The notes beneath the pieces are model-generated. The model was given only the letters and a program-made list of their open reading frames with translations, was not told the origin of the DNA and did not search any database. 64,000 bases of DNA from a virus (Duplodnaviria; Caudoviricetes), in the IMG/VR virus record IMGVR_UViG_3300017700_000721, positions 1 to 64,000 of that record. One strand, given 5' to 3'. Every line of letters starts with the position of its first letter. Position 1 is the first letter of the stretch. Position numbers and translations under genes: made by a program. Below, one piece after another: positions 16,158 to 24,783 of the stretch.

Positions 16158-16450
16158 CTCTGACCGTATACCTCGCCGGTCAAGGTCAAAAGCTTGTAGG
16201 CCCACTCGTAGGTGTAATCGTCGTCCTCGGGGCGGGCGATCTCGTGGAGCTCAGCCTGGATGCCTGCCGGGAGGTCGTAAACCCGCATTGAGGTCTGGCA
16301 GAGCTTAACCCCGCGGCTGTCGGTCCTGCCGGGTAGCGTCTGGTTGACGGTGATGCGGAACTGGCTCGTGGTTCCGATCAGGAAGTCGAGGCTGAGGGGA
16401 CCTTCCGGAGCCGCCCCGAAGGCGGTCAATGCGTCACGGTAGTAGCTCAT
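16154..16450 (-). CDS. Hypothetical protein
   Basis: 98 aa, coupled. Confidence 0.7.
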   Translation of the reverse strand: MSYYRDALTAFGAAPEGPLSLDFLIGTTSQFRITVNQTLPGRTDSRGVKLCQTSMRVYDLPAGIQAELHEIARPEDDDYTYEWAYKLLTLTGEVYGQR

Positions 16451-16662
16451 TGGTCTTTATTCCTGGCGCCTTGGAAGATGGTCGAATGGTCCGTCATCTT
16501 CTCGACTGTCTTGTTCATCCCGGAGAGGATCTCCAGGGCCAAGGACATGACAGTTGTGAAGTACCAAGCCAGGACGGCGACCAGTGCAGCAGGCACCATG
16601 GTCACGGCCATCATGAACATGATGACGACGTTCAGACTGAGGTCCTTCAGGTATTGTGTCAC
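16447..16662 (-). CDS. Small membrane protein
   Basis: Hydrophobic core; coupled. Confidence 0.65.
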   Translation of the reverse strand: MTQYLKDLSLNVVIMFMMAVTMVPAALVAVLAWYFTTVMSLALEILSGMNKTVEKMTDHSTIFQGARNKDQ

Positions 16663-16757
16663 GGCCAGTTCCCTAGCGTCAAGCCGAGTAGGACCAGCCC
16701 TATGATCACTGCGGCGGAGATTACGAGGACGATCCGGGTGCGTTCTTTGGGTTCCAT
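16659..16757 (-). CDS. Single-pass membrane micro-protein (32 aa)
   Basis: MEPKERTRIVLVISAAVIIGLVLLGLTLGNWP; GTGA coupling. Confidence 0.55.
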   Translation of the reverse strand: MEPKERTRIVLVISAAVIIGLVLLGLTLGNWP

Positions 16758-16894
16758 GAGCTCAGATACCCATCAGACAGGGGGCCGTGACTTCCCGTAA
16801 AGACCTAGGTATTTGTAGGTCTGACCTTTGCGGAGGTAGGCTGTGTCTTGTTTGGCTATTAGCTTGTCGCCAGGCTCAAGGGCAAGGAGCTTGG

Positions 16895-17101
16895 TCATCC
16901 TGGAACCTTTACGCAGCGGTATCGAGGGACGTTGTGGATGATCATCTTCTTTCGTCTCTCCACCTTACCTTGCAGGTCAATGACGTGCACGTTGTGAGGT
17001 GAAGCACCAACTACCTTGTAGGTTCGGCCTTTAACGAGGGGCCACAAGGTGAGCTTGGCTCTAACCTCGTCGCCGACTTTGAGGGTAATGGGCTTGGTCA
17101 T
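16895..17101 (-). CDS. Small SH3/KOW-like protein
   Basis: LKVGDEVR...GRTYKVV pattern. Confidence 0.6.
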   Translation of the reverse strand: MTKPITLKVGDEVRAKLTLWPLVKGRTYKVVGASPHNVHVIDLQGKVERRKKMIIHNVPRYRCVKVPG

Positions 17102-17290
17102 CTACTTCCTCTTAGGGAGCTCGTCGGTTATGATGCGGATGCGCTCCTGCTGGGTCATACCGTTGAGCCACTCCTTGAGCTCAGCTCGGGTCCGCTTGCA
17201 GCCGTCACAGGCCTGGGTCATCTTGTTGATCGTACAGATGCCGATGCAGGGGGTTGCAATACCGCCGCGGGATAGTCGGATTACGGTCAC
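17102..17290 (-). CDS. DUF1289-like protein
   Basis: TPCIGIC......CDGCKRT..E...W..MT..ER. Confidence 0.85.
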   Translation of the reverse strand: MTVIRLSRGGIATPCIGICTINKMTQACDGCKRTRAELKEWLNGMTQQERIRIITDELPKRK

Positions 17291-17676
17291 GAAGAGGGCT
17301 CTTCCCCAGCACGATCGGAGGAGAAAACAATAGGCCCTGCCAGCATCGTAGGCTGCCCCTCCGATGCACCAAGGCAAAGGGAGCGCTCGGGCTCCCCCGG
17401 AGGCAACTTGAATGTGGATGTAACGACATAAAAACCCGACCCGGGAATTGCCTCGACGTCCTTCTGAAACGCGGGCAGGATAACGTCGCCCACCGCGAGG
17501 GTTATACCATCTATTTCAGGGCCGCTGACATAACATCTTGCCGTCAGAAAGTGATTTATTTCCGGCTTGAGCACACTGACCGGCATCAGGCTGGACGCCC
17601 TGACAATTGCCGGAGCCATTAGAAGGGAACCAGCCCCGAACAGGAAGCCGCGTCTCTTGGAGAGCATTATCGTCAT
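17287..17676 (-). CDS. Twin-arginine leader-containing phage protein
   Basis: LSKRRGFLFGAGSLLMAPAIVRASSLMPV; AGGAG SD. Confidence 0.75.
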   Translation of the reverse strand: MTIMLSKRRGFLFGAGSLLMAPAIVRASSLMPVSVLKPEINHFLTARCYVSGPEIDGITLAVGDVILPAFQKDVEAIPGSGFYVVTSTFKLPPGEPERSLCLGASEGQPTMLAGPIVFSSDRAGEEPSS

Positions 17677-17690
17677 TGGTTGCTCCTAAA

Positions 17691-17855
17691 GGGGCTGCGG
17701 GCCGGACTGGGTACCGGCTCCTCTGAGCTACGGTCAGCTTTCAGCGGGCCGACCGGAAGACCACGACGCTCTTCGTCCTTCCGCTTACAAAGCGGCTGCT
17801 CTCTTCGTGGCGGGCGCCTTTGCGTGCCGCAGGTCAATCCCTGCCGCCGCAACCC
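17691..17855 (-). ncRNA. 165-nt RNA with circularly permuted tRNA-Thr(UGU)-like domain
   Basis: Closing stem GGGUUGCGG/CCGCAGCCC; AGAGCA-GCCGC-UU-UGU-AA-GCGGA-AGGAC, T-like stem GAAGA/UCUUC, acceptor-like CGGUCGGC/GCUGACCG closed by a loop, then UAGCUCAGAGG; upstream TG-G-TATGGT extended -10. Confidence 0.7.
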
Positions 17856-17913
17856 GAAATCACCATACCAAACTTTTGCAATTATTTAGAACCTTCCGGG
17901 GGTGGGATAAGGC

Positions 17914-18147
17914 TCATTCGACGGGTTCCACTTTAAAGCACTCCGAGTCCACCTTGATGGTATTCCACTTCCCGCCCTTCAGCTTCTCGAAGTGCTTGTA
18001 CTCAGCCTCGCGGGACTTACAGGCAGCTTCGGTTGCAAAGCCTCGCTCCATGTAGGGTACGATCTGGCGCGGCGATGAGTTTGAGGTCGCGTCGTGGTTG
18101 GTGAACACAGCGGCGATGAGGGTCCAGGTTGCAACTAGGGGCGTCAT
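17914..18147 (-). CDS. Small secreted protein
   Basis: Hydrophobic N-terminus, F.TE.AC...C. Confidence 0.65.
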   Translation of the reverse strand: MTPLVATWTLIAAVFTNHDATSNSSPRQIVPYMERGFATEAACKSREAEYKHFEKLKGGKWNTIKVDSECFKVEPVE

Positions 18148-18205
18148 AGTGAGCTCGTCGTGGTGATCTCCTGGTAGGCTACCTCGTGCTCCGGCTTGGC
18201 TACGG

Positions 18206-18778
18206 TCATGTCAGCGCCTTGATTTCTTGTTCCTTGATCAGGTTCAGGTAGTAGCCGCAGAGGCGTTGGACCGTCTCCGTGATCCAGTCGCCGGGCGGGA
18301 AAGATCGATGCCCCTCGCTGTAGGCTACGGCGCTCTCGACGATGCGAGTGCTAGCCCCGGAGGTTGAGGGGAGGTACGGATGCTTGGCGGTCTGCATCAC
18401 GTTGATCGTGTAGCGCATCTGGTCCGAAGCCGGCAGGAGCTCCGTCTTGAAGCTCAGCTGGTAAAGCTGCTGCTCGTCGATGAACATGTCGAAGGCGGTG
18501 AGCTTGGTCGAGTGGAAACCCGTAAGCTCGCCGACGACTCCGAGGATGCTGAGCTCGCTTGCCTTTACCAGGGGCTCGTCCTGTTTGCGCAGGGCCTTGA
18601 TCTCCTCGCGCTCGATGAAAAAGGCGGCCTCTTGGATCAGGAAGTCGAGGTCCGTCCACTCCTGGTCGGCCGGACGAAGTGTTTCACGGAGACGTTCCTT
18701 GAGAGGCTTCAACGGCGAGACCGAGATCGTGTACGGCGGCTGCTTGAAGGGATAGCCAGGGGCGGTGTTCAAGACCAT
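18206..18778 (-). CDS. Hypothetical protein
   Basis: 190 aa. Confidence 0.75.
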   Translation of the reverse strand: MVLNTAPGYPFKQPPYTISVSPLKPLKERLRETLRPADQEWTDLDFLIQEAAFFIEREEIKALRKQDEPLVKASELSILGVVGELTGFHSTKLTAFDMFIDEQQLYQLSFKTELLPASDQMRYTINVMQTAKHPYLPSTSGASTRIVESAVAYSEGHRSFPPGDWITETVQRLCGYYLNLIKEQEIKALT

Positions 18779-18779
18779 G

Positions 18780-19406
18780 TCAGACTCTTTCGAGGCTTGA
18801 GTAGAAGATGTGACCGGAGTCGTCGGGATCCCGGGCTGTCACCTTATACTCATTGGCCCACTCCGGAGGCCACGTAGTCGCCCAACTCGGTGCTGCGATA
18901 GTGTGGTAGTGATCCGCTCCGTTGGTGGGATCCGGGACCAAGCCTTCGAGAACGTCGCGGGCTACCTTGAGCTGGGTTGTCATGCCCATGGGCTCGGGTG
19001 TGACAAGATCGTCGAAGCGCCTCAGGCGATCGTTAAGAACCCTGGAGTTGGGGTCGTTCACGTTCCAGCAGGAGAACTGCCAGGGAGCAAGGCATACTGT
19101 CGTCACACAGCCGGGTGTGCCAAACTGTGAGCCCACGAACTGCTTCCGTTCGGCTCGGTTCCGGATCACCCAGGCGACCTTGGTCTGCCCTTCTTCCGGT
19201 AGGCCTCGAGCCTCTCCGTAAAGCGTGAGGGCCATAACGAAGAGGTCACGATCGGAGAACGCTGCCATCGGCTTCGTCATGTTCGGCCTTTCTAGGGGAA
19301 GGAGCTTCAAGATCTGGTCGAGCCATTCCCGCGTGACTATGAAGGTGTCGCCGTTCTCTTTGTCCATCTGGACGTTGAGGACGGCGCGGAGTTCCTTGAG
19401 GGTCAT
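18780..19406 (-). CDS. Cell wall hydrolase, SleB/Hydrolase_2 family
   Basis: LTLYGEARG, VAWVIRNR, WQFSCWN, DPTNGADHYH. Confidence 0.92.
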   Translation of the reverse strand: MTLKELRAVLNVQMDKENGDTFIVTREWLDQILKLLPLERPNMTKPMAAFSDRDLFVMALTLYGEARGLPEEGQTKVAWVIRNRAERKQFVGSQFGTPGCVTTVCLAPWQFSCWNVNDPNSRVLNDRLRRFDDLVTPEPMGMTTQLKVARDVLEGLVPDPTNGADHYHTIAAPSWATTWPPEWANEYKVTARDPDDSGHIFYSSLERV

Positions 19407-19687
19407 CAGGATTGCTTCCTGGGTCCGCGAGTCACCCTGTAGGGATCCTTAATCCATTCGTTGACTTTGGCCTGTACAGCCTCGTCGCCGTCGCTGTAGG
19501 TTGCGACCGTGAGCATCCGGAGGGCGAGATCCGTCAGGTCGTCGAAGTTTAGGTCCTTCACGGATAATTCCAGGTCACCCATCCTCGTCTTCCGCTCGAA
19601 GCGAAGGTCGTGTATTGACGAGTGCTCGTCCAGAGAGATCGTTGTGCGACCGTCCTTGCTGATGAGGAGGGTGTGGTCGGTGCTCAT
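19406..19687 (-). CDS. Hypothetical protein
   Basis: Coupled ORF. Confidence 0.7.
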   Translation of the reverse strand: MSTDHTLLISKDGRTTISLDEHSSIHDLRFERKTRMGDLELSVKDLNFDDLTDLALRMLTVATYSDGDEAVQAKVNEWIKDPYRVTRGPRKQS

Positions 19688-19890
19688 TGCTCGGAGTCCA
19701 ACAGACGCTGGGCGGTGTCAAGACGATCCCGTGCCTGGTCGAGGTGACGGCGCAGGGTTTCCCTGTCCACGATGGTGACGTTGGCAATGCGGAGGAAGGT
19801 GCTGGCTGCGACCATACAGTTCTGGGCCTTTTCCAGCCTTGTCGGGGTTTGTACCCCGGAGCGGTCGCCTTCGGTGGTGAGTGTGTTCAT
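19684..19890 (-). CDS. Hypothetical protein
   Basis: ATGA coupling at both ends. Confidence 0.65.
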   Translation of the reverse strand: MNTLTTEGDRSGVQTPTRLEKAQNCMVAASTFLRIANVTIVDRETLRRHLDQARDRLDTAQRLLDSEQ

Positions 19891-20006
19891 GGGCGGCTCT
19901 CCTGCGAGGCAATGAGACGGTCGATCTCCTCCCACATCTCCTTCTCAGAGATTAAGCCTCGCTCGTGGTTCCGTTCAAGGGTCTCGATCTGGTGTTCGAT
20001 GTCCAT
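19887..20006 (-). CDS. Small acidic protein (39 aa), probably leaderless
   Basis: MDIEHQIETLERNHERGLISEKEMWEEIDRLIASQESRP; ATG 6 nt after the -10 box. Confidence 0.65.
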   Translation of the reverse strand: MDIEHQIETLERNHERGLISEKEMWEEIDRLIASQESRP

Positions 20007-20011
20007 GGCTT

Positions 20012-20040
20012 ATTATAGCATGGTTTAGGATTGATGTCAA
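20012..20040 (-). promoter_or_regulatory. sigma70-type promoter (leaderless transcript)
   Basis: TTGACA-17-TATAAT. Confidence 0.9.
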
Positions 20041-20510
20041 CTAAAATCGAAGGTGTGGAGAGTACGGAAGATGGTCACAACCTGAGCTTTCTCGAGGTCA
20101 AGCCACCTCTTGTAGGTTTGCTCGCCGGTCGATGGGTCAAAGACCCGCTGGCCGTCATAAAAGACCATGTGCCAGCCGGGCGGGTTGTTCAGGCTGGGGA
20201 GTGTGATAAGGGCTTGGCGACCCCACGCGAGGAAAAGAAAGGCTCGATCGTTGTCGTCCGGTTCCTTCGTGACAATCGTTGCCGTGGGCTCCTTGAAGCC
20301 GGTGAAGGGGCCGTCGATAACGTGACCTAGCCGCGTAAGGGCAGCACTCAGGTTGGTCAAACCGTCTTTCTCGTTCCAAGCGTCGCCGATCTTGTTCTTG
20401 ACGTATCCGTAGGGGCCGTCCTTGACTTCGCGGAGGTCAAATACGGTCGCCATGTGCATTGCCAGACAACAGATTGCACAGTCCGATTGGTTCCGCTGCC
20501 TGATTAGCAC
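20037..20510 (-). CDS. Peptidase C39-like (papain-fold) protein
   Basis: IRQRNQSDCAICCLAM, WHMVFYDG, VFDP. Confidence 0.75.
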   Translation of the reverse strand: MLIRQRNQSDCAICCLAMHMATVFDLREVKDGPYGYVKNKIGDAWNEKDGLTNLSAALTRLGHVIDGPFTGFKEPTATIVTKEPDDNDRAFLFLAWGRQALITLPSLNNPPGWHMVFYDGQRVFDPSTGEQTYKRWLDLEKAQVVTIFRTLHTFDFS

Positions 20511-20953
20511 GAGTATAACTCTCCGTGGTGCAGGAACCCGTGAAACTGGCTGGTCTGGATTGACCCGGCGCCGGCTTGACAGGTGAGTCCGTTCTTGTCC
20601 ACGTGTATAATACCTGGACGGGAACCGTGACGAACCCAACACCTATGCTCGGTGTCGCTAGGTTTGGTACAATTGCGGGCCATGCCGTCAATGTACCACT
20701 GGTTGTTATCCGGTAGGACACAGACCACACATTCGCCGTCGAACCCGCCAGAGCGATGGCCGCGGAATGCGCGCTCGGGGTCGGTTACGAATAGCGCCCC
20801 GGCTGGAAGTGAGCCGCGCAGTTCTTCACCTGTGTCTTGGCGCCGGTAACGAGGTCGGCCTATTCCGTCGTTCCAGTCGAGGATCTCGGGCTCGATCTTT
20901 TCGACCCAAAAGCATTTGACGCGGAAGCCCTGAAACTTGCTCATAATCCTCAA
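20504..20953 (-). CDS. Cys/His-rich conserved phage protein (DUF6527-like)
   Basis: WYIDG..RNC...HRCW.RHG...GSI....FHGFL.HG. Confidence 0.6.
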   Translation of the reverse strand: MRIMSKFQGFRVKCFWVEKIEPEILDWNDGIGRPRYRRQDTGEELRGSLPAGALFVTDPERAFRGHRSGGFDGECVVCVLPDNNQWYIDGMARNCTKPSDTEHRCWVRHGSRPGIIHVDKNGLTCQAGAGSIQTSQFHGFLHHGELYSC

Positions 20954-20982
20954 ACCTTCTAGGTAAAATGACTGCCCGTTGT

Positions 20983-21234
20983 TTATTTGTCGGGGCTTTG
21001 TTCTCCGAGCTCGATGTGTGGTGTCAGGAGGTGGAGTGCTAGCCGGAAGACGGCGAAGAACACGAGAGCTGCTAGCGTTGAGTACCAGGCGTATTCGTAG
21101 TAGCCTGAAATCAGCTGACCTAGCGCGTGCACCGTGAATGCCACGGTCGCCAGCCCGCTTGCTAGGATCGTGGTCCCGAAGACCCAGAGCCCCATTTCTT
21201 CCTCCCGGCTCCAGTCCGTGCGGCTCAGGGACAT
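20983..21234 (-). CDS. Two-TM membrane protein
   Basis: Two hydrophobic helices. Confidence 0.65.
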   Translation of the reverse strand: MSLSRTDWSREEEMGLWVFGTTILASGLATVAFTVHALGQLISGYYEYAWYSTLAALVFFAVFRLALHLLTPHIELGEQSPDK

Positions 21235-21395
21235 ACTCCCGTCCAACCCATGGCTTAGAAGCTCTGTGAAGTGTTGCTTTAAGGCTCTAGTAAAGCTAGT
21301 CCGTTAAGTTAAGAGGGGTCTAGAGAACTTCTGTGATAAGTCAGGGCTCGAACGAAGACCTACGTTGGAATAAGAACAGGGCTGTTGAGGGAAGG

Positions 21396-21923
21396 TTACT
21401 CGTTTGTGGGCTTGTGCTCGCGGGTGAGTTGGGGTTGCGGCTTGCCGTCGGAGGCTGAGATAAGGCGGAGGGGTGAGCGCAGGCCTGTGTTGCTGGGAGG
21501 TCCGGATGCGTTGTTTTGCTCCGTCGCGGCGGGGGTGGGGTAGAATGGTTGGCGAGTGAAGTCCTCTGTGGGCTCGGGGCCTGTCTCGTGGTTCATGCTC
21601 CCGCTGGAGGGGTCGTATCCGGGCAAATGCACGGTGGCCTGGATGCTCTCGTCGTGCTTGGCTGTCATGATGAGGGTGCGAGAGCCGTCTTGAAGAGAGA
21701 ACCCCACGGTGACGATGCATGGGACTGTCGACTTTATGTTCGTGATCCCTGGGATGGTCTGTGGCATGATCTTGAATGGCTTCTTCGTGAGCTTGAACAG
21801 GTGAGCACGGAAGAGGAAGCCGGCGAATGCTCCCGACAGGTAGGGTACAGGGTTCTCCGAGGTCAAGACCACGAGGGCCAGAACGACGGTTGCCAGGAAG
21901 AAGACGGACCGGGAGTGGTTCAT
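21396..21923 (-). CDS. Membrane-anchored hypothetical protein
   Basis: N-terminal TM pair, Pro-rich tail; ATGA coupling. Confidence 0.65.
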   Translation of the reverse strand: MNHSRSVFFLATVVLALVVLTSENPVPYLSGAFAGFLFRAHLFKLTKKPFKIMPQTIPGITNIKSTVPCIVTVGFSLQDGSRTLIMTAKHDESIQATVHLPGYDPSSGSMNHETGPEPTEDFTRQPFYPTPAATEQNNASGPPSNTGLRSPLRLISASDGKPQPQLTREHKPTNE

Positions 21924-22141
21924 TGGAGGTTGACCCCGTAAAGGGCGGCTGCACATCCGGCGAAGTATTCCCGTTCCTCCGCGTAATGGATGGGGTAAGC
22001 GGCCCAAGCTTTGATGATGGACCCTATCTTGCTGACCAAATCAGGGTCGTCTTGGTTGAAATCAAGCTTGAAGAGGACGTCGCCAACCCCGGTGTGATAG
22101 TTCATCGGGAAGGGGTAAGGGAGGATGTGACGGTCGCTCAT
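21920..22141 (-). CDS. Hypothetical protein
   Basis: Coupled; similar to next ORF (Y.TGV.D...F.AG..A...GV.L). Confidence 0.7.
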   Translation of the reverse strand: MSDRHILPYPFPMNYHTGVGDVLFKLDFNQDDPDLVSKIGSIIKAWAAYPIHYAEEREYFAGCAAALYGVNLQ

Positions 22142-22347
22142 GCGAACCTCGACAGGTCAACCCCGAACGCCTGGGCTGTGAAGCCGGCGAGAAACCTCAT
22201 CAGGTCTGGATTCTTCGGAGGGACGGGCCAGTGAGTGTACATGTAGTCAAGACCGGCCACGTAGTCTTCGACGTACTCGAAGGTGTGGGTTGCGTCGCTG
22301 ACTCCTGTCTCGTAGGACAGCTTCAGGGCTTTGGCGAGGGTGGTCAT
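22138..22347 (-). CDS. Hypothetical protein
   Basis: Coupled; apparent paralog of previous ORF. Confidence 0.7.
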   Translation of the reverse strand: MTTLAKALKLSYETGVSDATHTFEYVEDYVAGLDYMYTHWPVPPKNPDLMRFLAGFTAQAFGVDLSRFA

Positions 22348-22559
22348 TGACCCAGCTCCTTGTCCAAATTGATGGCGTCCGGATCCTCGCCTTTCGGCAG
22401 CTTCGGGTCAATCAGCTTGAGGAAGCGATCCTTGGGCTTGATACCCATCTTCCGGAGGAACTTGGCGTGCTCGACACGAGCAGCCGTCAGCTCCTTGCTC
22501 ACCTTCGGCTTTTTGTCCGAGCGGCCCAGGTGGTTGTATTTCGGGTGGAGCATTCCCAT
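22344..22559 (-). CDS. Small basic protein
   Basis: EHAKFLRKMGI; coupled. Confidence 0.7.
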   Translation of the reverse strand: MGMLHPKYNHLGRSDKKPKVSKELTAARVEHAKFLRKMGIKPKDRFLKLIDPKLPKGEDPDAINLDKELGQ

Positions 22560-22562
22560 GAT

Positions 22563-22751
22563 CTACTCCTGATCCCAGCCGGTGTCACGGTTGAACAGGG
22601 AGTAGACCAACCCGGCGATCCCCACGGCCACGAAAAGGGCGGCCAGGTAAATAACAGGCAGGTCACGCGGCGAGGGGGTGAGAGCACACAAGATGAGCTG
22701 GCAGATGCCGGCCCCGAGTGAAATCCAGCTGGCGAACTCGAACTTAATCAT
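22563..22751 (-). CDS. Small membrane protein
   Basis: Two TM segments; after promoter. Confidence 0.7.
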   Translation of the reverse strand: MIKFEFASWISLGAGICQLILCALTPSPRDLPVIYLAALFVAVGIAGLVYSLFNRDTGWDQE

Positions 22752-22774
22752 TGACGACTCCGGGTTACAGGAGT

Positions 22775-22803
22775 ATTATAACATACCCTGTCCTTGGTGT
22801 CAA
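22775..22803 (-). promoter_or_regulatory. sigma70-type promoter
   Basis: TTGACA-17-TATAAT. Confidence 0.9.
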
Positions 22804-22851
22804 CTAACCAGTTACGCCCCTAGTGAATAGCTGATATGCTTCTAGAACAGA

Positions 22852-23073
22852 TCAGACGTGCCAGGAAAGGAGGGTGTAGGCATTCCTCGAGATCTTCATG
22901 GCTGCCAGCACCGTTTCGCGGGTCACAATCTTGTCCTTCTCCCTAAGCTTGGAGCAAAGCTTGTCTGCGGCGGAGGAAGGATTTACGGCTTCGCCGATAC
23001 GATCTCCGTTCAGAAGTACGGGAACCCTGGCAGGATTGAAAGGCTTTAGTGCTTTTCGCCTCTTAGATCCCAC
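22852..23073 (-). CDS. Hypothetical protein
   Basis: 73 aa, GTG start. Confidence 0.55.
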   Translation of the reverse strand: MGSKRRKALKPFNPARVPVLLNGDRIGEAVNPSSAADKLCSKLREKDKIVTRETVLAAMKISRNAYTLLSWHV

Positions 23074-23552
23074 AGGCTGTGCTCCATGATGGCTGGCTGA
23101 GGGCCGGCCGGTTGGTTCTGGTACTTCCCGGAATACATCTGCTCGGTGGGCTTGTCCAGCTGCTTGAAAACAATCTGGGCGATCGGGGTGCCCTTCTTCA
23201 GTAGGATTGGCCAGGGCTTGAAGCGAGTCAGTTCAAGGGTCAGGTAGCCTTTCCAACCCGGCTCGATGATCGTGTTCTGCACGAAGACGAAGAGCCTGGC
23301 GTTGGTCGACTTATCCTTGACCTCCGCACAGACATCAGCAGGCATGCTGATGTGCTCGATGATGGAGCCCAAACGACCCCAGAAAGGCCAGAGCCAGATG
23401 TCCTGGTCAAGCCTGACGTCGTAGCCACACGACGACAGTCCGAATGAACGGCCGTGGATCTTCTCCCGCTCGTTGAACGGGTGGATCATGGTGTGATGAA
23501 GGTCCACGACGGGGTGGCATCGCGCACGGATAGACTGAGCGGAGAGGATCAT
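23046..23552 (-). CDS. dcd: dCTP deaminase
   Basis: MILS, GLSSCGYDVRL, KSTNAR, IEPGWKGYLTLEL, IAQIVF, Y.GKYQNQ. Confidence 0.92.
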   Translation of the reverse strand: MILSAQSIRARCHPVVDLHHTMIHPFNEREKIHGRSFGLSSCGYDVRLDQDIWLWPFWGRLGSIIEHISMPADVCAEVKDKSTNARLFVFVQNTIIEPGWKGYLTLELTRFKPWPILLKKGTPIAQIVFKQLDKPTEQMYSGKYQNQPAGPQPAIMEHSLWDLRGEKH

Positions 23553-23887
23553 TGCTTCCTTATAGGCAGACGGCCTGTGGTACGCTTGGCTAAATGGAAC
23601 CTACCCGTACCTGGGTGGCCGAAAGCACGACGGAGACGCCAATCATCTCTGTCGGTGAAGTCGCCCAACAAGAATACCGGTGAATGCCTGACGTAAATAG
23701 GACGGTTGTTCACCACTTCTGTGTTAGCTCTCGTCCAGTAAGTCAGAGCGCTGCGGGCTCCATCAATTACTGTAAGTTTACCCCGCTCTGGGTAAGGAGC
23801 TTTGAAGAAGAAGCCGTTCAAGCTAATGTGCGTAAAGGCATAGGCTTTCCCGTCAGAAAGCCTGGCAATAATCTCCGCAAAGGTCAT
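23549..23887 (-). CDS. Hypothetical protein
   Basis: 112 aa, GGAGG SD. Confidence 0.7.
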   Translation of the reverse strand: MTFAEIIARLSDGKAYAFTHISLNGFFFKAPYPERGKLTVIDGARSALTYWTRANTEVVNNRPIYVRHSPVFLLGDFTDRDDWRLRRAFGHPGTGRFHLAKRTTGRLPIRKQ

Positions 23888-23934
23888 TTAATCCTCCATC
23901 TGTCTCGATCCATACCAAAACAAATGGATTCCAC

Positions 23935-24783
23935 CTAGACCTGAATCAGAGGTTGACAGATTGGACAGAAGTATGAACCTCGTTTCCCGTTCTTTCCGTC
24001 TTTTGTGTAAAGGATTGACTGCTCAGCGTGAATAGGGCATTGCTTGCCAGCTTTGTCAAAGACGTTCCAGTGTGCGTGTGAGTCAGAGGCCAGCGAGTCG
24101 TTTACGATCTTCGCTGCAGCTCGACCTAGATGTCTCTTCGTGTGATCAGTAAGAGCGCTCCAACGAGCGTGAGGGTGGATACCGGCAAGGAAACAAGCTT
24201 CCACAGCCAGATAATTTCCCAGACCAGCGGAAATTGATTGGTCGCAAAGAACATCTTTAACTGTCCGCTTGGATTGATAAGATTGGAGGGCCAAGATAGC
24301 CGCAGGCTGATCTGAGATCCAATCTGGACCCCGAGAAGGAGTGCTTAAAAGAGGAGAACGGATCTCCCACTTACCCCAGGTGCGAGGATCGTGATAGTTC
24401 CAGATCTGACCGTCGTCTAAATGAAAGCGGACTCGGACATTGCCATCATTCACGCTGTGTAGGAAGTTCTTGTAGATGCCGTCGGTCTTCGCTACAGCCA
24501 TTGCAGCTTCGTTACCAGGCATAAACCACCCTGTCGAGCTGAGGTGAATATACCAATACTCCGCCGTGTTGGCAAAGCTCACCTCAAGGCTCTTCCCGTG
24601 GCGGCGTAGGTCGTCTATCGGTCGAGCACGAACAAACTGCGAGAAAAATGACCACTCGCAGCCTGTTGCATATTTCTTCGGGTTGGGACTCGAAGCGGGA
24701 GCGGTGATCTTCGTGATCGTCCGCCCAATCCAAGCGCCTATCAATTGGCGCTTGAGCTTCTCGTATTCTGGTACTTCCGGGAT
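23935..24783 (-). CDS. mutM: Fpg/Nei-family DNA glycosylase/AP lyase (apparent ATC start)
   Basis: In-frame (M)PEVPE upstream of the track start, RRHGK, HL..TG, DPR.WG, DQ...AGLGN.LA.E, C-terminal CPIH...CPICQ finger. Confidence 0.9.
   Translation of the reverse strand: MPEVPEYEKLKRQLIGAWIGRTITKITAPASSPNPKKYATGCEWSFFSQFVRARPIDDLRRHGKSLEVSFANTAEYWYIHLSSTGWFMPGNEAAMAVAKTDGIYKNFLHSVNDGNVRVRFHLDDGQIWNYHDPRTWGKWEIRSPLLSTPSRGPDWISDQPAAILALQSYQSKRTVKDVLCDQSISAGLGNYLAVEACFLAGIHPHARWSALTDHTKRHLGRAAAKIVNDSLASDSHAHWNVFDKAGKQCPIHAEQSILYTKDGKNGKRGSYFCPICQPLIQV

Noticed and set aside
21250-21395. Replication origin
   Set aside because: Only mildly AT-rich, no iteron array; insufficient evidence
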